Source: an uncultured virus (IMG/VR IMGVR_UViG_3300017749_000006) (taxonomy: Duplodnaviria > Heunggongvirae > Uroviricota > Caudoviricetes). From it: a stretch of 64,000 nt of DNA. The position numbers were made by a program, and so were the translations under genes. A model generated the notes under the pieces. It was not told the DNA's origin, did no database searches, and was given only the letters and a program-made list of their open reading frames with translations. Location: IMG/VR virus record IMGVR_UViG_3300017749_000006; one strand, given 5' to 3'. Shown here one piece after another: positions 59,035 to 64,000 of this stretch (its first letter is position 1; each line of letters begins with the position of its first letter).

Positions 59035-60474
59035 ATGGGGAAGGCTACAACACGACAGATGTGGGCAAAACTTGAGCAATATATAAAGGAACATAACTTT
59101 AAATCTGATATGGATTTTGCTAGGTTTTTAAATGAGACAGAAAAAGACTCTAATAGAGGAGTGCAAGCATGGAGGGGAGTAGTGCAAAGATGGAGATATG
59201 CAAATCCACAGATACACTATAATACATGGAGTAAAGATACTTCAGATACTAAAATGGTTAATCATTATTTTGATGAAAAAGCAGATAAGTATGTATTTCA
59301 TATAAATAAAGAGATGACGGTAGTAACGGGAGAAACACACAGGGCTATGAAAAGAGCGTATAGTAGTACAGGCGGTGGTTTGACAATAGAACAAATGGCT
59401 CAAAAATTTAAGTTATCTCCTAGTTTTATAGCGGCGTATGTCAAAGTTAATTCTTGGAGTCATGCTATGGATGCTTTTACCGATGAAGAAGTACGAAAAC
59501 AAACAGAAGAAGAGTTAGTAGCAGATGCTATTAGAATTAAAAGACAAAGTGTACAAGAAAAGGTACATAAAAAATATTGGGCTGATATGCGTAAAACCGC
59601 AGAAAAACTTATCCATATAGAACACGAATGGGGTAATGAGTTTAAGGAAATTATTTCCAAAGAAAATCTTGCTCCTAAAAAAATTAAACACACTAAAATG
59701 GCTAAAACCAAATCATACGCCGTTGTCTTGTCTCCTACAGACTTACATTATGGTAAGGGTTCTTGGATTGATGAAACAGGTGAGTCTTATACATTAGAAG
59801 AAGCACGTTTTAGACTTCTTGACAGAACTGAAAATTTAATCAGTAGATTAGCAGGTAGACCCGAAAAAATTATTATTGCTACAGGTAGTGATTGGTTTCA
59901 CGTAGATAACGAACAGGGTACTACTACGGCAGGTACACCACAAGATTTAGCGGCTTCCCCTGCACAAATTCTTGTAGATGGTTGTAAATTAGCAAGAGAG
60001 CATATAGATATGCTACGAACAGTAGCGCCTATAGAAGTAGTATTTATGCGTGGTAATCATGATAGACATACTGCTTTAGCACTTATGTTATACCTAGATG
60101 CGGCATATGAAAACACAAAAGATGTTACAATAACTGTTAGCCCTAAACTTCGACAATATATTAAGTGGGGTAATAATTTACTAGGCTTTACACACGGAGA
60201 TGGTGTAAGAGGTAACGACCTTCCTGCTATTATGGCAACAGAAGAAAGAGAAGGTTGGGGTAAACATGAACACCACGTTTGGTTTCATGGGCATTTACAT
60301 CACCAACGTTTATTAGAAACTAGCGGAGTTACAATAATACAGTTACCTAGTTTAGCGGGTCATGATAGATACCATTACAGAAAAGGTTTTGTTTTGGCTA
60401 GAGCAGGTATATCTGCCCATTTAATAGATAAAGAATTAGGTTTAGTAGGTAATTTGTTTGCTCCGGTGATATAA
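59035..60474 (+). CDS. Calcineurin-like metallophosphoesterase with N-terminal HTH-like region
   Basis: DLHYG, GSDWFH, GNHD, THGD, GHLHH; TTTATAGG 30 nt upstream. Confidence 0.85.
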   Translation: MGKATTRQMWAKLEQYIKEHNFKSDMDFARFLNETEKDSNRGVQAWRGVVQRWRYANPQIHYNTWSKDTSDTKMVNHYFDEKADKYVFHINKEMTVVTGETHRAMKRAYSSTGGGLTIEQMAQKFKLSPSFIAAYVKVNSWSHAMDAFTDEEVRKQTEEELVADAIRIKRQSVQEKVHKKYWADMRKTAEKLIHIEHEWGNEFKEIISKENLAPKKIKHTKMAKTKSYAVVLSPTDLHYGKGSWIDETGESYTLEEARFRLLDRTENLISRLAGRPEKIIIATGSDWFHVDNEQGTTTAGTPQDLAASPAQILVDGCKLAREHIDMLRTVAPIEVVFMRGNHDRHTALALMLYLDAAYENTKDVTITVSPKLRQYIKWGNNLLGFTHGDGVRGNDLPAIMATEEREGWGKHEHHVWFHGHLHHQRLLETSGVTIIQLPSLAGHDRYHYRKGFVLARAGISAHLIDKELGLVGNLFAPVI

Positions 60475-60590
60475 TGTGGACTCAAGCAAAATGTGATTCG
60501 TGTGGATGGGTGGCTAAGAATATTATGACGGCTATAGCAGAAAGTGGTGAATGTCCTTATTGTGGAGAAAATAAATTGAGGCCATTATAA
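60474..60590 (+). CDS. Small Zn-ribbon protein, 38 aa
   Basis: Hand-translated CDSCG...CPYCG; TAATG coupling on both sides. Confidence 0.65.
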   Translation: MWTQAKCDSCGWVAKNIMTAIAESGECPYCGENKLRPL

Positions 60591-62098
60591 TGTCTAAGTT
60601 TAATACTGATTTTTCTATGGCTAGGTCAAGGAATGATGTAGAATACTTTTATAAGTGGCTCGGTTACACATGGGGAAATCACATCGGTGAATGGATGGAC
60701 ATGTATGGAACAAGAGGAGATGTACAAGTTCATAGGGTTTGCGTTATTGCTCCGCGTGACCATAGTAAATCAACTACTTTACGCGTTAAATTACTTCACC
60801 AATGTTTGTTTGAAAAATGGCGAGACAAGGCTTTTACGTGTTGGTTATTTTCCGCGAGCAAAGATTTAGCAGTTAGGAGATTAGAAGAAATACGAGATGA
60901 TATGAAGCGTCATCCACAATTAAGTAAATACTTAGATACAAGGAGGGGAAATAAACTTGAGTTACGTTTTACAAATGGCGCTTGGATACGTGCAACCTCG
61001 GTGGGTAGCGCTATTCGTGGAGAACACCCCGCTTGTATTGCTTTTGATGATGTCTTAGATGATAGTGGAGATAATGCTTCTTTTGCTAATACTGCTCAAT
61101 GGTTTAGAAAGAAAGTAACACCTATGTTGTCGCCGGGAACTTCTATTTATTGTGTAGGTACTCCTATGTCTATGGTAGACTTGTATCATACAGAAATGTT
61201 AGAAAACCCTGCTTGGAAATCGGGTACATGGAGTGCGGTATTAAATTGGGATGAATATAAGATAGACCCCACTAATGTAACACCTATAGAATTATGGCCG
61301 GAATATAGACCTATAGATTTCTTGTTAGAACAGAAACAGGCTATGGGAGAATTGTCTTTTATCCAAGAGTATATGTGTAAAGTTATTGATGACGAGGCTA
61401 GTGTATTTCCTAGAGCATTAACTAGAAAGAATTTACAATTAGAACGAACAATGGAGACAGAAAGAGATGACAAACATAGATACGCTATTGGTTTTGACCC
61501 TGCTCATGGTTTAGGTCAAGACTACAGTGTTATGGTATGCCTAAAGCAAGATGATGACGGCTTTATCCACTTGGTAGATATGTGGCGTAGAAATGATTTC
61601 CCACCGGACAAGCAAGCAAACATGATAATAGAATGGAGTAAAAGATATGGTACGCCACCATTTGCTATTGAAAGTGTTGGTTTTCAAAATTTGTATGAGA
61701 GTTTAATTAGTACAAAGGGGGCAGTAATAGATTATCGTGAAAGTAAGGTTAGCAACAAAACATTAAAACAAGGTTTGATGAATAGGCTACGTGTGTGGTT
61801 TGAGAGAGAGTTAGTTTACTTACCATACGGTAATGATGAAACTAGAAAACAAATCAACATATTATTAGAAGAATTAGAAAGTCACGCATGGAGAAATGGG
61901 GAAATACAAGACTTAGGTAGACATAACGACTGTGTAATGGCTCTCGCTCATGCTATAGACCAATTTTCTTATAAACAACCGGATTTTCCTGCTATATTTA
62001 GAACAATGAAGAAAGGTGAATGGACAGGTGGGGAATATAAAGTAAATCGCGGTACACAAAAAGGTTATGGTGGCCGTGTAATAAGGAGGAGAAGATAA
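60590..62098 (+). CDS. terL: Terminase large subunit
   Basis: APRDHSKST Walker A, IRGEH, FDD, VGTP, QEY, GFDPA, DYS, HNDCVMAL. Confidence 0.93.
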   Translation: MSKFNTDFSMARSRNDVEYFYKWLGYTWGNHIGEWMDMYGTRGDVQVHRVCVIAPRDHSKSTTLRVKLLHQCLFEKWRDKAFTCWLFSASKDLAVRRLEEIRDDMKRHPQLSKYLDTRRGNKLELRFTNGAWIRATSVGSAIRGEHPACIAFDDVLDDSGDNASFANTAQWFRKKVTPMLSPGTSIYCVGTPMSMVDLYHTEMLENPAWKSGTWSAVLNWDEYKIDPTNVTPIELWPEYRPIDFLLEQKQAMGELSFIQEYMCKVIDDEASVFPRALTRKNLQLERTMETERDDKHRYAIGFDPAHGLGQDYSVMVCLKQDDDGFIHLVDMWRRNDFPPDKQANMIIEWSKRYGTPPFAIESVGFQNLYESLISTKGAVIDYRESKVSNKTLKQGLMNRLRVWFERELVYLPYGNDETRKQINILLEELESHAWRNGEIQDLGRHNDCVMALAHAIDQFSYKQPDFPAIFRTMKKGEWTGGEYKVNRGTQKGYGGRVIRRRR

Positions 62099-62451
62099 TG
62101 CCTAGAGGAAGAAATGCTAACCCTAGTAGAAGAAGATACAAATACGCTACAAGTCTTGAAAAAAATGCTTTTTGGACTAAGCCCGTAGCAGAAGGCGTAA
62201 AAAAACCCGGCCCTAAGAAACGTCACCTTGTTTACAAAGAATATATTGATGAAGTTCTGAATAGTCCTTTTCTTGACGTTTGGAGAACGGGTAATGAAAT
62301 TGCCACACAAGCAACAAAGAAAGTAAGTAAATATTGGACTCCTATTAGTGTATATGTAGTAAGTAACTATATACGAATCTATGTGAAAGAAGGTAAAATC
62401 CTCAAGCGCAAACCCAATACAATTAGTAATTACGAGTACAAACGTGTATAA
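62098..62451 (+). CDS. Basic winged-HTH-like protein
   Basis: TAATG coupling to terL; WRTGNEIA...VVSNYI...YEY. Confidence 0.55.
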   Translation: MPRGRNANPSRRRYKYATSLEKNAFWTKPVAEGVKKPGPKKRHLVYKEYIDEVLNSPFLDVWRTGNEIATQATKKVSKYWTPISVYVVSNYIRIYVKEGKILKRKPNTISNYEYKRV

Positions 62452-62691
62452 ACTTATTTTGAAAAAAAATAAAAAAAATTTTGAGAAGTGGTAGCCATAG
62501 GATAATGTGGGCGCATCGTGATTTATGGCAAGCGTAAACGGTCAAAAAGCGGGTAAGCCCCTATGAAGGGCGTATAAGCGGCGTGTGTGGCTACGTTTAT
62601 ACAGTTTAGATTCATACCTACCACTCCCCAATCACAAACGGAGATAGAGGCGTTTAAACGAGTTTATTTTTTTTGAGTCGAATTTGAAAAT

Positions 62692-62722
62692 AAAAAAAGG
62701 GGAGGCCATTTCTGACCCCCCC
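62692..62722 (-). terminator. Hairpin plus U-tract terminator
   Basis: GGGGGGGTCA-GAAA-TGGCCTCCCC-T7 after gene 62741-63556. Confidence 0.7.
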
Positions 62723-62740
62723 GATTTGGTTATGTGTTGC

Positions 62741-63556
62741 TCAATTGTTGGTTGATGACTTTACTTCAAAGTCAAGATGCTTGAGTGATGTGTACTTGAC
62801 AACATCGGAGTACATTGGGTCATTGATGAAAGCAATATCCGCACATCTTACGGAGATATAACCGTCGTATGGTCGGTATGCGAAATATACGAAACAATCT
62901 CGCCATACTGCCGCTTTTCCGCCGCGTGTTGAATTTGCGATAGTGGCCTTGATTTCTTCTTGTCCTTCTTCCACACCTAGTTCAATTAGTGTATCTAATG
63001 CGTTCTGAGCAGTTACACCGGAATATTGAAGTTTCTGGGTTTTCTTACCTGTTTTTGATGAATTTTGATACCCTGCTCTCATAGTTACAGTAAGGATTGA
63101 TTCCGGCATATGTGCATCAATTCCTATTTCTTTAGGCATTAATCTTTCACCGAGTACAGTGAATTTTCCGGTATAATTTGTAGTCTCTCCGGCTCTATTA
63201 ACCCACATTCCAGAGTAAGAACCACATAGGCGGCATTCATCCGAATTAATAGGGAAATATCCATCATCACAAGATAGGCACTTTTGTCTTAATGCTTCGT
63301 GATTTTCTACGTTTTTATCAACGGTTGTGTTACTGTAAATATTTCTGATTTGTTTAGTATTGATTTGAACTGGTACTGGTCCGAGACTGGCTAAATAAGA
63401 CGTATCAAGTAATACTACTTTTTGAGATATTGAAGGGTATGAATAACCCTCTCGGCGCAAAACTTGAGCAGTTTTACGATGTTGGCTTATGATGTCCTCA
63501 GCATCATAAACGGCATCTTCTTGTAGGCTTCTAATAGAAACATATGTGTTCTCCAT
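62741..63556 (-). CDS. Early hypothetical protein with Zn-finger
   Basis: ORF track; CLSC...CRLCG; TATA ~30 nt upstream; own terminator. Confidence 0.75.
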   Translation of the reverse strand: MENTYVSIRSLQEDAVYDAEDIISQHRKTAQVLRREGYSYPSISQKVVLLDTSYLASLGPVPVQINTKQIRNIYSNTTVDKNVENHEALRQKCLSCDDGYFPINSDECRLCGSYSGMWVNRAGETTNYTGKFTVLGERLMPKEIGIDAHMPESILTVTMRAGYQNSSKTGKKTQKLQYSGVTAQNALDTLIELGVEEGQEEIKATIANSTRGGKAAVWRDCFVYFAYRPYDGYISVRCADIAFINDPMYSDVVKYTSLKHLDFEVKSSTNN

Positions 63557-63589
63557 GACTCTACGACATAGAGTAACTATATCAATACT

Positions 63590-63844
63590 TCTACAAATTT
63601 GTATAATTTAGGGGGTTTATTTGTAGTAATATACTATAACGATAATTTTTATTTGTAGTAGGTGTTATTTATTACACCTAATTACTTTTTAACACCATCT
63701 ACTACAAATTTGTGGTAGACATACAAAAATAAAAAAAAAGACAAAAAAGGAAAAGTAAAAAAACCTACTACAAATAAAAAAGTAAAAATAGAAAAACCCT
63801 ACTACAAATAAAAAGGTAAAAATAAAAAAACATCTACTACAAAT
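63590..63844. repeat. (C)TACTACAAAT repeats, right cluster
   Basis: Copies at 63619(rc), 63651(rc), 63699 (near-palindrome), 63765, 63799, 63834. Confidence 0.9.
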
Positions 63845-63860
63845 AAAAGTAAAGACCTCT

Positions 63861-63888
63861 AAAAAAAAGAGAGGGCCGAAGCCCCCTC
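63861..63888 (-). terminator. Hairpin plus U-tract terminator with UUCG loop
   Basis: GAGGGGGC-TTCG-GCCCTCTC-T8 on the minus strand. Confidence 0.75.
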
Positions 63889-63890
63889 GA

Positions 63891-64000
63891 TTAATGTTTG
63901 TTACCGTAGCGGTCTACATAAACCGCATAGCCTTGACCGTGAGCGTAGCCTCTTGGGTCATAGGATAAAGGGCAAGGGCCACTAAAACTACGCACCGAGC
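63891..64000 (-). CDS. 3' end of a gene entering from beyond the window (...GQGYAVYVDRYGNKH*)
   Basis: Open frame to TAA at 63891-63893, followed directly by a terminator. Confidence 0.55.
   Translation of the reverse strand, partial: SVRSFSGPCPLSYDPRGYAHGQGYAVYVDRYGNKH

Noticed and set aside
63750..63858. Mini-CRISPR array
   Set aside because: Repeat is only 11-15 bp and the spacers are near-identical A-tracts
1..64000. tRNA, rRNA, integrase, transposase, methyltransferase, ligase, ribonucleotide reductase, reverse transcriptase/DGR
   Set aside because: No recognisable motifs by eye; small or divergent cases could be missed

Overview
Nearly complete (~64 kb) genome of an AT-rich tailed dsDNA archaeal virus. 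The gene content (family B polymerase, fused PriS-PriL primase, RFC, PCNA-like clamp, MCM-like ATPase, ERCC4 nuclease, GroEL/GroES, HK97-type head, siphovirus-like tail), the GGTGA Shine-Dalgarno motifs and the TATA-box promoters best fit a magrovirus (virus of Marine Group II Poseidoniales). That assignment is an inference. Layout: repeat-rich early/control region wrapping the window ends (63.5-64 kb and 1-1.7 kb); small early genes on + (1.9-9.9 kb); replication and chaperone module on + (10-27.2 kb); virion module on - (27.2-58.7 kb); metallophosphoesterase-terminase unit on + (59-62.5 kb). Main observations: (i) two homologous ~120-bp AT-rich origin-like elements in inverted orientation at 9.9 kb and 58.9 kb, the first directly upstream of a wHTH / PAC2-fold / N-truncated MCM operon; (ii) a candidate ~205-nt structured RNA with its own promoter upstream of RFC; (iii) ~20 copies of (C)TACTACAAAT confined to the early region; (iv) apparent genome-wide avoidance of GATC, AGCT, GCWGC, CCAG/CTGG and CCTGA; (v) a -1 frameshift in the tail chaperone; (vi) H1-like, SAP and HeH proteins and a shared inserted domain in the virion module. 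All calls were made by eye, without database searches.
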